The translations under genes and the position numbers were made by a program. From the NCBI GenBank assembly GCA_965223545.1, contig OZ245006.1, positions 7,456,001 to 7,520,000 of the forward strand: a stretch of 64,000 nucleotides of DNA, read 5' to 3'. Source of the DNA: Planctomycetota bacterium (GTDB lineage Bacteria; Planctomycetota; UBA1135; UBA2386). Shown here in pieces: positions 51,929-62,592 of this stretch. How positions within the stretch are numbered: the stretch's first letter is position 1; every line of letters starts with the position of its first letter. The notes below the pieces were generated by a model. The model was not told the origin of the DNA. It did not search any database and worked only from the letters and a program-made list of their open reading frames with translations.

Positions 51929-53845
51929 GTGACCAGCACCGATCAACCCAACCAGGTCGACGACCGCGCCCGACAGAATGGCGGCGGTGGCGAGCGCGAG
52001 CTCGTCGAGGTCGAACAAGTCGTGATCCGCTTCGCCGGCGATTCCGGCGACGGGATGCAGCTGACCGGCAGTCAGTTCACCCGAACGACGGCGATCATGG
52101 GCAACGACCTCGCGACGTTCCCGGACTTCCCCGCCGAGATCCGTGCTCCGGCCGGCACCCTGCCCGGGGTGTCCGCGTTCCAGCTGCGCTTCTCGAGCTT
52201 CGACATCCACACGCCCGGTGACGAGCCCGACGTACTGGTCGCGATGAACCCGGCGGCGCTCAAGGTGCACTTGGGCGACCTCAAAGCCGGCGGCATCCTC
52301 ATCGTCGACACCGGCAAGTTCCGGCCCAACGATCTGAAGAAGGCGCAGTGGGCCGACAACCCGCTGGAGAGCGGCGCTCTGGACGGCTACCGCGTCATCG
52401 AAGTCGACCTGCAGAAGCTCACGCGGGAGACCCTGGAGCAGTCGCCCCTGGATGTGCGCAGCAAGGACCGCTGCAAGAACATGTTCGCGCTGGGCGTGCT
52501 CTACTGGCTCTACAACCGCGACCCCGCGCCGAGCGTTTCGTTCCTCGAGGCCAAGTTCCAGAGCAAGCCGGACGTCTGCGAAGCCAACGTCAAGACCCTG
52601 CGCGCCGGCTACCACTACGCCGACATCGCCGGCATCTTCCAGACGTCGTACTCGGTGCCTCGCGCGCGCTTCATGGCGCCGGGCCGCTACCGCAACATCA
52701 TGGGCAACCAGGCGCTTTGTCTGGGGCTGGTGGCGGCGGCGGAGAAGGCGGGGCTGCAGCTCTTCCTCGGCTCGTATCCGATCACTCCCGCCAGCGACAT
52801 CCTGCACCAGCTGAGCACCTACAAGCACCGCGGCGTGGTGACGTTCCAGGCGGAGGACGAGATCGCCGCGGTCTGCGCCGCGATCGGCGCCTCGTACGCC
52901 GGCTCCCTGGGGGTGACCAGCACCAGTGGCCCCGGCATGGCGCTCAAGGCGGAGGCGATGGGCTTGGCGGTGATGGCGGAGCTGCCGCTCGTGGTCGTCA
53001 ACGTGCAGCGCGCCGGGCCGAGCACCGGCATGCCGACCAAGACCGAGCAGGCAGACCTGCTGCAGGCCATGTTCGGCCGCAACGGTGAGTGCCCCGTGGC
53101 GATCGTCGGCGCGACCACTCCGGCGGATGCCTTCGACGCGGCCTACGAGGCCGTCCGTCTGGCGACCAAGTACATGACGCCGGTGGTGTTGCTGTCGGAC
53201 GGCTACATCGCCAACGGCTCCGAGCCGTGGCGCATCCCCGATGCCGACAACCTGCCGGCGGTCGAAGTCGAGTTCGCGCCGCCGCGCGAGGGCGGCGACG
53301 GCGAACCGTACCGGCCGTACGAGCGCGACCCGAGCACGTTGGCCCGGCCGTGGGCAGTGCCGGGGACGGCCGGCTTGATGCACCGGATCGGCGGCATCGA
53401 GAAGCAGGACGGCACCGGCAACGTCAACTACGAGCCGGAGAACCACGCGCACATGGTGGCGACGCGCGCCGCGAAGATCGCCGGCATCGCGCGGGACATC
53501 CCCGATGCCGAGGTTCTCGGCGACAGCGAGGGCGACGTGCTGGTGCTGGGCTGGGGCTCGACGCGCGGCGCGATCACCGGTGCGGTGCAGCGCCACCAGG
53601 AGGCGGGGGCGCGCGTTTCGGCGTGCTTCCTGCGCCACCTCAACCCGTTGCCGCCCAACTTGGAGACGCTGCTGCGCGGCTTTCGCGCCGTGCTGATCCC
53701 CGAGCTCAATTGCGGTCAACTCGCCATGCTGGTGCGCTCGCGCTTCTTGGTCGATGCCGAGCCGGTGACCAAGGTGCAGGGCCGGCCGTTCACCAGCGCC
53801 GAGCTGACCGACAAGATCGAACAGACTCTGGAAGGGCTGTCATGA
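51929..53845 (+). CDS. korA: 2-oxoacid:ferredoxin oxidoreductase alpha subunit (fused gamma-alpha)
   Basis: FAGDSGDGMQ, YPITP, QAEDEIA and QRAGPSTGMPTK. Confidence 0.95.
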   Translation: MTSTDQPNQVDDRARQNGGGGERELVEVEQVVIRFAGDSGDGMQLTGSQFTRTTAIMGNDLATFPDFPAEIRAPAGTLPGVSAFQLRFSSFDIHTPGDEPDVLVAMNPAALKVHLGDLKAGGILIVDTGKFRPNDLKKAQWADNPLESGALDGYRVIEVDLQKLTRETLEQSPLDVRSKDRCKNMFALGVLYWLYNRDPAPSVSFLEAKFQSKPDVCEANVKTLRAGYHYADIAGIFQTSYSVPRARFMAPGRYRNIMGNQALCLGLVAAAEKAGLQLFLGSYPITPASDILHQLSTYKHRGVVTFQAEDEIAAVCAAIGASYAGSLGVTSTSGPGMALKAEAMGLAVMAELPLVVVNVQRAGPSTGMPTKTEQADLLQAMFGRNGECPVAIVGATTPADAFDAAYEAVRLATKYMTPVVLLSDGYIANGSEPWRIPDADNLPAVEVEFAPPREGGDGEPYRPYERDPSTLARPWAVPGTAGLMHRIGGIEKQDGTGNVNYEPENHAHMVATRAAKIAGIARDIPDAEVLGDSEGDVLVLGWGSTRGAITGAVQRHQEAGARVSACFLRHLNPLPPNLETLLRGFRAVLIPELNCGQLAMLVRSRFLVDAEPVTKVQGRPFTSAELTDKIEQTLEGLS

Positions 53846-54861
53846 CCACTGCCGCCAAGCTGACCAAGAAGGACTACAAGTCCGACCAGGATGTGCGCTG
53901 GTGCCCGGGCTGTGGCGATTACGGCATCCTCAACGCCGTGCAGTCGGCGTTCGCCACGCTCGGCAAGGACCCGAGCAACACCGTCATCGTCTCCGGCATC
54001 GGCTGCTCGAGTCGGTTTCCGTACTACATGGAGACCTACGGCTTCCACACCATCCACGGCCGCGCCCCGGCGTTGGCCACCGGCGTCAAGGTCGCCAACC
54101 CCGATCTGGACGTCTGGGTCGTCACCGGCGATGGCGATGCGCTGTCGATCGGCGGCAACCACTTCATCCACGCGCTGCGGCGGAACATCGACCTCAAGAT
54201 CCTCTTGTTCAACAACCGGATCTACGGCCTGACCAAGGGCCAGTACTCACCGACCTCGGAGGCCGGCAAGCGCACCAAGTCGACGCCGATGGGGTCGGTC
54301 GACAATCCGTTCCGGCCGATCTCGCTGGCGATCGGCGCGCGCGCGACCTACGTCGCACGCTCGGTCGACGTGTTCGGCCCGCACCTGGAGCAGACCGTCA
54401 TGCAGGCGGCGGCGCACCGGGGGACCGCGGTGGTCGAGATCTATCAGAACTGCAACATCTTCAACGATGGTGCGTTCAAGGGCTTCACCGACAAGGGCGC
54501 GCGCGACGAGCGGGTGCTCTACCTCGAGCACGGCAAGCCCCTGCTGTTCGGTTCCGAGCAGAAGCAGGGCATCCGCGTCGACGCCGATCTCAACCCGGAG
54601 ATCGTCACCGTCGGTGAGGACGGGGTCACCGCCGACGACGTGCTGGTCTGGGACGAGAAAAGCACCAACCTCGCGGTGCCGATGATGCTGGCCGAGATGT
54701 CCGAGGTCGACTTCCCGGTGCCGGTGGGCGTGTTCCACCGCCGCGAGCGGCCGACCTTCGAGACGGGGGTGCGCGCGCAGATCGATGCCGCCGCCGCCAA
54801 GAACGGCGGCGAGTCGCTGGCCGACTTGTTGTCGCGGGGCGAGACCTGGGTCGTCGAGTAG
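53842..54861 (+). CDS. korB: 2-oxoacid:ferredoxin oxidoreductase beta subunit
   Basis: WCPGCGD, SGIGCS and the TPP motif GDGD...NN.IYGLTKGQ. ATGA overlap with korA. Confidence 0.95.
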   Translation: MTTAAKLTKKDYKSDQDVRWCPGCGDYGILNAVQSAFATLGKDPSNTVIVSGIGCSSRFPYYMETYGFHTIHGRAPALATGVKVANPDLDVWVVTGDGDALSIGGNHFIHALRRNIDLKILLFNNRIYGLTKGQYSPTSEAGKRTKSTPMGSVDNPFRPISLAIGARATYVARSVDVFGPHLEQTVMQAAAHRGTAVVEIYQNCNIFNDGAFKGFTDKGARDERVLYLEHGKPLLFGSEQKQGIRVDADLNPEIVTVGEDGVTADDVLVWDEKSTNLAVPMMLAEMSEVDFPVPVGVFHRRERPTFETGVRAQIDAAAAKNGGESLADLLSRGETWVVE

Positions 54862-54907
54862 CCGCCTCGTCGTTTCCTTCTTCAGCGCCTCACCATTATC
54901 AGCGGTC

Positions 54908-55663
54908 TCACTTCTTCAGGGCGTCGAGGTAGGCGCGGATGCGTGTCTGCGTGTCGGGCAACGCCCAGACCCGGTGGACTTCGGACTCGAACTCCTGAGA
55001 ACGCGCGATCGCGTCCAGCAGTGGTGCGCGCAGCTGGCGTTTGGTGACGGCGAAAGCCGGCGGCGACAGGGCCGCCAACGCGCCCGCGCGCCGCATCGCC
55101 TCGTCGAGGACCGCGTCGCCGGCGGTGACTGCGTCGACGAGGCCGCAGTCCGCGGCGGCGTCGCCGCGCATCGTGCGGCCGGTGAGGACGAGATCGGAGG
55201 CGGTGTGCGGCGGCAGCAGCCCGCGGATGACCTCCAGCGCCACCGCCGGAAACGGCACGCCCACCGGCAGCTCGGTGACGCCGATGCGGCCGTGCTCGCG
55301 GTTCATCACCCGGGCGTCGCACGAGGCGGCCAGCACACAGCCGCCGGCGATGGCGTGGCCGTTGATGGCGGCGACGATGGGGCGGTCACACTCCAGCAGC
55401 TGTCGGACGGCGGCGTCGAGGCACAGCAGCAGCTCGCGGGCGTAGGCTTCGCCGCCCTGCAACAGGGCCGGCAGGTCGACGCCCGCGCTGAAGATGCCGC
55501 CGGTGCCGGTCAGCACGATGGCGCCGGCGCCGTCTCGGTGCGCGCCGTCGACGGCGTCGTGCAGAGCGCGCAGAAGATCGGGGTCGAGCGCGTTCGCCTT
55601 GGGCTTGTCGATGCGCAGGACGGCGATCGCGTCATGGTCTTGGCGGTGGATCACATCCGCCAC
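54908..55663 (-). CDS. Enoyl-CoA hydratase/isomerase family protein
   Basis: FSAGVDL, AAINGHAIAGG and IGVTE. Confidence 0.92.
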   Translation of the reverse strand: MADVIHRQDHDAIAVLRIDKPKANALDPDLLRALHDAVDGAHRDGAGAIVLTGTGGIFSAGVDLPALLQGGEAYARELLLCLDAAVRQLLECDRPIVAAINGHAIAGGCVLAASCDARVMNREHGRIGVTELPVGVPFPAVALEVIRGLLPPHTASDLVLTGRTMRGDAAADCGLVDAVTAGDAVLDEAMRRAGALAALSPPAFAVTKRQLRAPLLDAIARSQEFESEVHRVWALPDTQTRIRAYLDALKK

Positions 55664-55703
55664 TGTGCCCCGCGCGCCGGCCGCTGCAAGTCCCGCACGG
55701 CCG

Positions 55704-57266
55704 CTACTGCACGAGATGGGGATACGTCGTGTCCAGCTCTGCGCGCAGCGCGGTGTAGCGGCCGTTGTAGGCCGGGGTCCCCTTCTGCGCGATGATGTTG
55801 TTCGACTCGAACGGGTCGAGTGCCAGGTCGTAGAGTTCTTCGACCGCGGTGATCAGGGCGCCGCTCTTCTTGACCTTCTCGACCAGCTTGAGGCCGCCGT
55901 TGTCGCGGATCGCGCGATTGTGCTTGTCGAGCGTGTAACCCGGCGGTGGCGTGCCGAATGCCGTCGGTGCGAAGTTGTTCTTGAAGTTCTCGGCGTAGAC
56001 GAACTGTCGCATTGGCACGGTGCAACCGAGCAGGTACGGGGCCAACGAGACCGATTCGCGCAAGCCGGCCGGATCGGGCGGCTGCGGGGCACCGGTCAGA
56101 TCGGCGACCGTGGCGAACAGGTCGGTGGAGCAGACGATCGGCAGGGCGACCGTGCCGGTCTGCGCCGGCGCGATCACCGGCGACTTGACGATGAGCGGTA
56201 CGTGCACGCCGCCCTGGTAGACCGTGCCCTTGTTCTTCCCCGGCGACGGAAACGGCGGCAGGCTCGCGTGCTTGGTCGTGCCGTTGTCGCCGATGAAGAT
56301 GATCGTCGTGGGACTGGCTGGCGCATCGCTGCCGTTCTCGATGGCGCAGACCAGGCGGCCGATCTCGTTGTCCATCCACTGCACCATGCAGCGGACGAAG
56401 CGCGGGGTGTCGTTCGGGGTGAGGCCGCAGTCGGGGTTGCCGTTGATGCCGGCACAGGAGGCGGCCTGCAGCGGCGCGCCCGGGGCGTCGAGCGGGGTGT
56501 GCGCCGCGTTGAAGGCGACGTAGAGAAAGAACGGCTCGGGCATGGTGCGCACCAGGTGGATGGCGTCGTCGGCCGTGTCTTCGGTGGCGTAGGTCAGCAC
56601 CTGTTGTTCGCAGTAGGAAGCGCCCATGCCGGGCACGCATTCGTCCGCGGGTGGGCCCTGGATCTGGGTCGCGAACGTCTTGGTCCAGTTGTTGTACGTC
56701 TGCGTGCCGCCGAGGTTGCCGATCGAGCCAGCGTACTGGTGGAACCACTGCGTCATCCCGCCGCCGAGGGGGTGGATCGGATCCAGAGGATTCGGCGGAG
56801 GGTGCTGGCAGCCGTCGGCGAGGTGCCACTTGCCGACGGCTGCGGTGTGGGTGGCAAAGGGCGCGGCCGGATCGCGCAGCATCGAGGGGATCGTGTCGAT
56901 GCCGTACTGGAGGCCGGTGCCGTTGCCGGGTGGGCAGGACCGAGTGGCGATCTTGCCCACTCCGGTGTGCAGGCCGTGGCGGCCGGTCATGATCTGCGCC
57001 CGCGTCGGTGAGCAGACGGGGTTGGTCCAGGCGTGGCGGAACAGCATTCCGGTCTGGGCCAGGTAGTCGAGGGTGGGCGTGGTGTTCGGGTAGCCGGCCG
57101 GCGGGTGGCCGTGGGCGGCGTAGAACTGGTCGTAGGCGCCGACCATGTCGACGCCGACGTCGTCGGCGACGATGACGACCACGTTGTGCGGTCCGACGAC
57201 CGGCAGGGAGGGACAGGGTTGGAGGGCCATCGCCCAGAGAAGCGCCGCGGGGAGGTGTAGAGCCAC
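55704..57266 (-). CDS. Secreted sulfatase (formylglycine type)
   Basis: NVVVIVADDVG, CSPTR (CxPxR), GKWHL, GDNG and K...YQGGVHVP. Confidence 0.92.
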   Translation of the reverse strand: MALHLPAALLWAMALQPCPSLPVVGPHNVVVIVADDVGVDMVGAYDQFYAAHGHPPAGYPNTTPTLDYLAQTGMLFRHAWTNPVCSPTRAQIMTGRHGLHTGVGKIATRSCPPGNGTGLQYGIDTIPSMLRDPAAPFATHTAAVGKWHLADGCQHPPPNPLDPIHPLGGGMTQWFHQYAGSIGNLGGTQTYNNWTKTFATQIQGPPADECVPGMGASYCEQQVLTYATEDTADDAIHLVRTMPEPFFLYVAFNAAHTPLDAPGAPLQAASCAGINGNPDCGLTPNDTPRFVRCMVQWMDNEIGRLVCAIENGSDAPASPTTIIFIGDNGTTKHASLPPFPSPGKNKGTVYQGGVHVPLIVKSPVIAPAQTGTVALPIVCSTDLFATVADLTGAPQPPDPAGLRESVSLAPYLLGCTVPMRQFVYAENFKNNFAPTAFGTPPPGYTLDKHNRAIRDNGGLKLVEKVKKSGALITAVEELYDLALDPFESNNIIAQKGTPAYNGRYTALRAELDTTYPHLVQ

Positions 57267-57354
57267 GCCAACGGGGGAACGTCTGGGGCGATGGCGTTAC
57301 GGCGCTTTCGCGGGAGGTCTTGTGAAGCCGTTGCGGTTCTCCTGAAATCCCGGC

Positions 57355-58800
57355 ATGACCGTTGTCTCGCGACTCGTGATTCCGGCCACTCTGGTGGCTG
57401 CCGGTGCCGCGCTGGGGGTTTGGCTGCAGCGCTCGGGGTGGCTCGACTCGGCCGGTGGCGCGACGGAGGCGAGCGCCGATCCCGCGCAGCCGTCGGCGGC
57501 CACGCCGGCCACCGGCATGTGGCACAGCGCGCCCGACGATGTGGGCGCACCGGTCACCGGCGGCAGTGCGATGGACGCCAACGAGCTCGCCAATCTGCCC
57601 TACTTGCGCGGCTCGCAGGCGGCGCCCGAGGTCGAGTGCGTCACCCTGTTCGAGGTGGAGGCCACCCATCCGGGTCTCAACCTCGTGGTCTCCGGCCACG
57701 AGCCCCGTGCCGAGCTGCAGGACCTCAAGGGCAACGTGCTCCATGAGTGGCATTGCGCGTTCGACACCGTTTGGCCCGGCGGACTGGACTACGCGGAGGC
57801 GCCCGTGCACCGCACCTTCTGGCGGCGCGCCCACCTGCTGCCCAACGGCGAGCTGCTGGCGATCTTCGAGGGCTACGGCATGGTCAAGCTCGACCGCGAG
57901 TCCAACGTGGTCTGGGCCTACGACGGCCGCGCTCACCACGACCTGGACGTCCGGCCGGACGGCAGGATCTACACGCTGACGCGCGTGCGTCGCGAGGACG
58001 CGGCCGCCGACGGGCGCGCCGGTCCGCCGACCTACCTGGAGGGCTGGTACCTCGACGATCGCATCACCGTGCTGGCGGCGAACGGCGCCGAAGAGAGTTC
58101 GCTGTCGCTGCTGGAGTGTCTGGAGAACTCCGAGTTCCGCCACCTGCTGTCGTTCGCCGTGCGCAGCGGTGACGTGCTGCACGCGAACACGATCGAGGTG
58201 ATGGACGGCAGCCTCGCGGACCTCCATCCGATGTACGCGGCGGGCAATGTCCTGGTGTCCTTGCTGACCCTGCACACCGTGGCGATGATCGACCCCCGCG
58301 CCAAGACCGTGGTCTGGGCCGCACCCGGTGTGACGCGGTTCCAGCACCAGCCGACGGTGCTGGCCGACGGGCGCATCCTGGTGTTCGACAACCTCGGCGA
58401 CCCCGATCCGTCGGGCCCGCGGTCGCGGGTGATCGAGCTGGACCCGCGCACGCTGGCGGTGGAATGGAGCTTCGCCAGCACCGCCGAGCGCGTGTTCTCG
58501 TCGTACCGGTTGGGGTCGTGCCAGCGCTTGGCCAACGGCAACACCCTGATCACCGAGTCGACCGCGGGCCGCGCCCTCGAGGTGCGGCGCGACGGCGAGG
58601 TCGTCTGGGAGTGGGTCAATCCGCACCGCGCCGGCGAGGACGACGCGCTGATCGCCACCCTGTTCGAGGTCGTGCGCCTCGATCTGGATTACTTCGCCGG
58701 ACGGTGGCCAGAGCTCGAAGCACGCTTTGTCGATCCGGGCGATGCCGGGGCGCTCGATGGGCTGGACGAGGCGCTCAAGGGCCTCGGCGGCTCGCGCTGA
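57355..58800 (+). CDS. Arylsulfotransferase (ASST)-like protein
   Basis: N-terminal TM, LANLPYL, AHHDL, DVLHANT, QHQP, VFDN and QRLANGNTLITES. Confidence 0.8.
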   Translation: MTVVSRLVIPATLVAAGAALGVWLQRSGWLDSAGGATEASADPAQPSAATPATGMWHSAPDDVGAPVTGGSAMDANELANLPYLRGSQAAPEVECVTLFEVEATHPGLNLVVSGHEPRAELQDLKGNVLHEWHCAFDTVWPGGLDYAEAPVHRTFWRRAHLLPNGELLAIFEGYGMVKLDRESNVVWAYDGRAHHDLDVRPDGRIYTLTRVRREDAAADGRAGPPTYLEGWYLDDRITVLAANGAEESSLSLLECLENSEFRHLLSFAVRSGDVLHANTIEVMDGSLADLHPMYAAGNVLVSLLTLHTVAMIDPRAKTVVWAAPGVTRFQHQPTVLADGRILVFDNLGDPDPSGPRSRVIELDPRTLAVEWSFASTAERVFSSYRLGSCQRLANGNTLITESTAGRALEVRRDGEVVWEWVNPHRAGEDDALIATLFEVVRLDLDYFAGRWPELEARFVDPGDAGALDGLDEALKGLGGSR

Positions 58801-58846
58801 CTCCACCCCGATCCACCGTGGGGCCGACCCACAGTGGGGCCGATCC

Positions 58847-60292
58847 TCAGCGGGGCTCGACCCGAACCAGGTGGACGCCGCCCCGAGACCAGCCGCGCAG
58901 CGCGTAGCGGTTGGGCAGGTGTTGACGGGCCAGCTGTCCGACCGGGCCGTGGTCGACGCGTCGCAGGCGGTCCAGGGCGCCCCGGCTGAAGCACAGAGTC
59001 CGGCCGCTCGCGGCGAGACCGGTGACGAGTGCGTCGAACTGGGTTGCCGCCGCATCGGCCTCGAGCGGCGCCAAGCTGGCGGCGAGGTCGTGCACGCTCG
59101 TGCCGGGGATCTGCACGCGGTAGCGCACGATGGTGTCGACTTCGCGCCGGCCGTCGAAGATGAAGAACATGGGGCGTTCTGCGGCCATTTCGCTGAGGGT
59201 CTGCGCCCGCGCCGGATCGTGATGGGGGCGGTCTTGGGCGTGCAGCCAGACCGCGCTGGCCAGAGCGGTCAGCACCGCGCCGGCCATCGCCAAGTCGCCG
59301 GGCAGGACGCGGGCTGCCAGCAGCGCCGCCAGCGCGGCCAGGGGCAGCTGGTAGGCACCGTGCTCGTCAGCGCCGAGCAGCAGGATCGCGCTCAGCAGGA
59401 CGTAGCCCGCCGCCCCGGCGCAGACGACCGCAGCGGGGCGGGCGGTGTCTCGTCGCGCCAGCGCCGCCAAGGCCAGCAGCGAGACCGGGGCGAACGGAAG
59501 CAGCCACTCCCGAACCGCGGCGTCGAGGAACGCCAGCGGCGATTGGCTGGCGGAGAAGTGGCGCGCGAACTCGAGCACGAAGCCAGCTTGGTTGGCGGCG
59601 GCCGCCTCGCCGCCGGCGGTGGCGGCGCCGACCGCCAGCGCCGCCGCGACGTGGCCGGCGATCATGCTGCCGGCGAGCCGGGCGCGGACGGCGCGACGGT
59701 CGGCTTCGGTGGCGAGGTACCAGACCAGCCACAGCGGCGTCAACAGGTGCCCCGTCGCGTGGACCGATGCGGCGATGCCGACCGACAGACCGGTGACCAG
59801 GCCGCGCAGCGCGCGACCGCGGCGAGCGACGAACAACCAGAGCGACAGCATGGCGAAGGGCAAGAACGCGGCGTGCACTTCGGCGACGGTGGCGAAGAAC
59901 ATCAGCCCCGGCGTCGCGGCCAGCCAAGCGGCGGCGGCGGCAGCGCGCAGGCGCGCCGCAACGCGGCCGAAGACGCGGTGGGCGATCGCGACCGCAGTGG
60001 CCGCGCCGCACGCCGACAGCACGCACAGGGCGTCGAGCGGCTCCAGCCCCAGCGGAGCCAGCGCCGTCGCGGCGGCGATCGCCAGGCGCAAGTACAGCGT
60101 GTGGTGGTGGTGGTAGGGCTCGCCGGCGTACACGCTGTCGAGAAAGCCGTGCACGTCGACGCCGTGGAGAGCCTCCTGCCGCAGCGCGACGTACACCGCG
60201 CAGGCCACCGCGAACAGGAGCGCGGTGTCGCGCCATGGCGGGCGCCGCGGGGCGGCGATGGCGGAGGGCGGCGATGGCGATGAGCTGGTCAC
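58847..60292 (-). CDS. Multi-pass membrane protein, possibly GT-C-fold glycosyltransferase-like
   Basis: Many hydrophobic segments, with D...HHTLY and AEVH motifs reminiscent of ArnT/DUF2723-like proteins. Start uncertain. Confidence 0.55.
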   Translation of the reverse strand: MTSSSPSPPSAIAAPRRPPWRDTALLFAVACAVYVALRQEALHGVDVHGFLDSVYAGEPYHHHHTLYLRLAIAAATALAPLGLEPLDALCVLSACGAATAVAIAHRVFGRVAARLRAAAAAAWLAATPGLMFFATVAEVHAAFLPFAMLSLWLFVARRGRALRGLVTGLSVGIAASVHATGHLLTPLWLVWYLATEADRRAVRARLAGSMIAGHVAAALAVGAATAGGEAAAANQAGFVLEFARHFSASQSPLAFLDAAVREWLLPFAPVSLLALAALARRDTARPAAVVCAGAAGYVLLSAILLLGADEHGAYQLPLAALAALLAARVLPGDLAMAGAVLTALASAVWLHAQDRPHHDPARAQTLSEMAAERPMFFIFDGRREVDTIVRYRVQIPGTSVHDLAASLAPLEADAAATQFDALVTGLAASGRTLCFSRGALDRLRRVDHGPVGQLARQHLPNRYALRGWSRGGVHLVRVEPR

Positions 60293-60509
60293 GGGCGTCT
60301 GCGGCTTCAGGATCTTCGAGCGGCGATGACATTTTCGCAGCCCCGTTGCCCCGAGAACTTCGGTTGCGGCCCCGCGTCTTTCTGCGCCGACCACGCATGT
60401 GTTGACCGAGCCGTCCCGCAGGCGGTAAACCCGTGGGCGCTTTGCTTGGAGCGCGCGTGGTTGCAGCCCATCTCGAACCCGCCGCGGTGGCGCGGAGGGG
60501 CGTGTACCG

Positions 60510-62234
60510 ATGACCGAGGCTCCTCGCCGGCGCAGCGGTGCGCGCTCCTTCGGGCTGGCGGTCGTGCTGCTCGTGGTCGCGCTCGCCGCCGGCGCGGCCG
60601 CGGGCATCGCGATCCATGCCAGTGCGCACGCTGCCATGCGCGAGGCCGCGGTCGAGGTGCGCCGCGCCCTGTGGCGACCGCTGGCCGAGACCGCCGCTGC
60701 GGCCGGCGGCGGCGCGCGTCGCGCCGGTCAGCTCGAGCGGGTGCTGGAGGCCTACGACCGTTTGGCGGTGGAGGCCGCCGAGGACACTCTGGTCTACGAG
60801 CGCGCGCTGCTCGGCAGCGCGCTGGCCGAGGTGCTCGAGGCCGGCGAGCGGCTCGAAGCCGCGCAAGTGCGTCGCCGCGCGGCGATGGCGGATCTGCTCG
60901 GCGTGGTCCGCGCGCGCCCGCGGCACGGCGAGGCGAGGCTCGCGTTGGCACAGAACCGGGCGCGGCACGCCGAGTTGGCCGCGCTGGTCGGCAATCGGGG
61001 GCGCGCCGAGCGGGCTGCGCGCAGCGCCGCCGAGGCGCTCCGCGCGCTGCTGGATCTGCCCGACGAGCGCCGGCGCGGGCAAGCGGCGGCAGCGTTGGCG
61101 CGCTTGCACGCCGCCGCCGCCGAGCGCGCTCTCCTGGACGGGGACGTGGAGCGTGCGTCGGCCCGGGTGGAGGAAGGGCGCGCCTTGCTCGCCGGCACCG
61201 GCGCGCCGACTCCCGGCGCCCCGACTCCTGGCGCCCCGACACCGGGCGCCCCGACACCGGGCGCATCGGCGGTGCGCCTGGCGGCGCTGGCCGCGGGCTG
61301 TGGCCTACCGCCTTCTCCCGGCTTGCCCGCGGACTTTGCCGGGCAGCGGCTGCTGATGCGCGATTGGTCGAGCCGGCGAACCCTCGCCGTGGCCACCCTC
61401 GCCAGGGGGCCCGCGGCGTCGGACCCTGCCGCGCTGCGCCAGGCGTTGGAGCTCGAGGCCGACCTGCCAGAGGCGGTCCGCCTGGGCGCGGAGTGGCGAG
61501 CCCGCGGCTGGTTGCAGCTCGGGCTACAAGAGCGCGCCGCCGGCGCCGACCCGGCGCCGGCGTTCGCCCGCGCGCTGGCCGAGGCGCCGGCGACGGCGCA
61601 CGCGTTGCGGGGCGACATCGCCTCGGCGCGGGCCCGGCATGCCGCCGCCGGCGGTGAGGCCGAGCCGCGGGCCGTCGCGGCGGCGTTCTCGCGGGCCGCC
61701 GGCGAGTATCGCACGGCCGCCCGTGTCGCCCCTGCGACGCCGGCGCGGGACGCGCTGTTCGCCCTGCTGTTGGACTTGGCCGCGTGGCGCGTCGGGCGCG
61801 GAGACGAGTCGGCGGCGGCGCGGGCGATCGACGAGGCGGAGACCCTGCTGGCGGCGGCCGAGATCGGCGGTACCGAGCGCGACGCGCGCGACCGGCGCCT
61901 GCTCGAGGCCCTCGAAGAGCTGGGCGACGGCCCGCGGCTGGCGGTGGCGGCGGCGGCGTATGCGGGGCGGCGTCCGACCGAGCCCGCGGTGGTCCGCCGC
62001 GCGGCGGCCGCGATCGCCGCCGCTCTCCGCCACGGCGGGCCGGCGATCGGCGACGGGGGGCGCCAGCCGCCGGACGAGGCCGTGCGGGCAGCGGCGGTGG
62101 CCGTCGGCCGGTTGATCCTTGCGCTCCCGGTCGAGGTCCGCCAGTCGCTGCTCGACGATCCGGCGTTGGCGCCGCTGTGGGAGCATCCCGAGTCGAGGCC
62201 GTGGTCGGCGGCGACCGGCGCTGACCGGCGCTGA
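60510..62234 (+). CDS. Hypothetical Ala-rich helical protein with N-terminal TM
   Basis: The most protein-like frame in this interval. TM near the N-terminus and an internal GAPTP repeat. Confidence 0.55.
   Translation: MTEAPRRRSGARSFGLAVVLLVVALAAGAAAGIAIHASAHAAMREAAVEVRRALWRPLAETAAAAGGGARRAGQLERVLEAYDRLAVEAAEDTLVYERALLGSALAEVLEAGERLEAAQVRRRAAMADLLGVVRARPRHGEARLALAQNRARHAELAALVGNRGRAERAARSAAEALRALLDLPDERRRGQAAAALARLHAAAAERALLDGDVERASARVEEGRALLAGTGAPTPGAPTPGAPTPGAPTPGASAVRLAALAAGCGLPPSPGLPADFAGQRLLMRDWSSRRTLAVATLARGPAASDPAALRQALELEADLPEAVRLGAEWRARGWLQLGLQERAAGADPAPAFARALAEAPATAHALRGDIASARARHAAAGGEAEPRAVAAAFSRAAGEYRTAARVAPATPARDALFALLLDLAAWRVGRGDESAAARAIDEAETLLAAAEIGGTERDARDRRLLEALEELGDGPRLAVAAAAYAGRRPTEPAVVRRAAAAIAAALRHGGPAIGDGGRQPPDEAVRAAAVAVGRLILALPVEVRQSLLDDPALAPLWEHPESRPWSAATGADRR
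61198..61265 (+). repeat. 15-bp in-frame tandem repeat (GAPTP x4)
   Basis: GGCGC(G/C)CCGAC(T/A)CCN repeated four times. Confidence 0.85.
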
Positions 62235-62592
62235 CCGGCGGCCCGATCGGGTGACGACCGCGTGCGCCCCAGCAGAATAGAAAAACCGGTCCGACAAAAA
62301 TCCGGCGGCCGGCCCTGGACGAGATTGTGGCAGTTTGCTTCACTTCCGCCGCTGGCATAGTCGAGCAATATCGCCAGCGGAGGGGGCGGTGCGCAGGCCG
62401 GCGGCAGCCGATCCGCCGGCGTTCCGCCCGGCCCTCGGAATCCGGACGCGAGAGCCTCGGGATCCACAGGCACCCGGAGACTCCGGGCTCCACCCATTGC
62501 CATGACTGTGACGGCCGACCGTGGCCACCGGCGGGGCGTGCCGCTCGCGCGCGACCAGCCCTGACTGAATGAACCCCTTTCGTCCCCCGACC

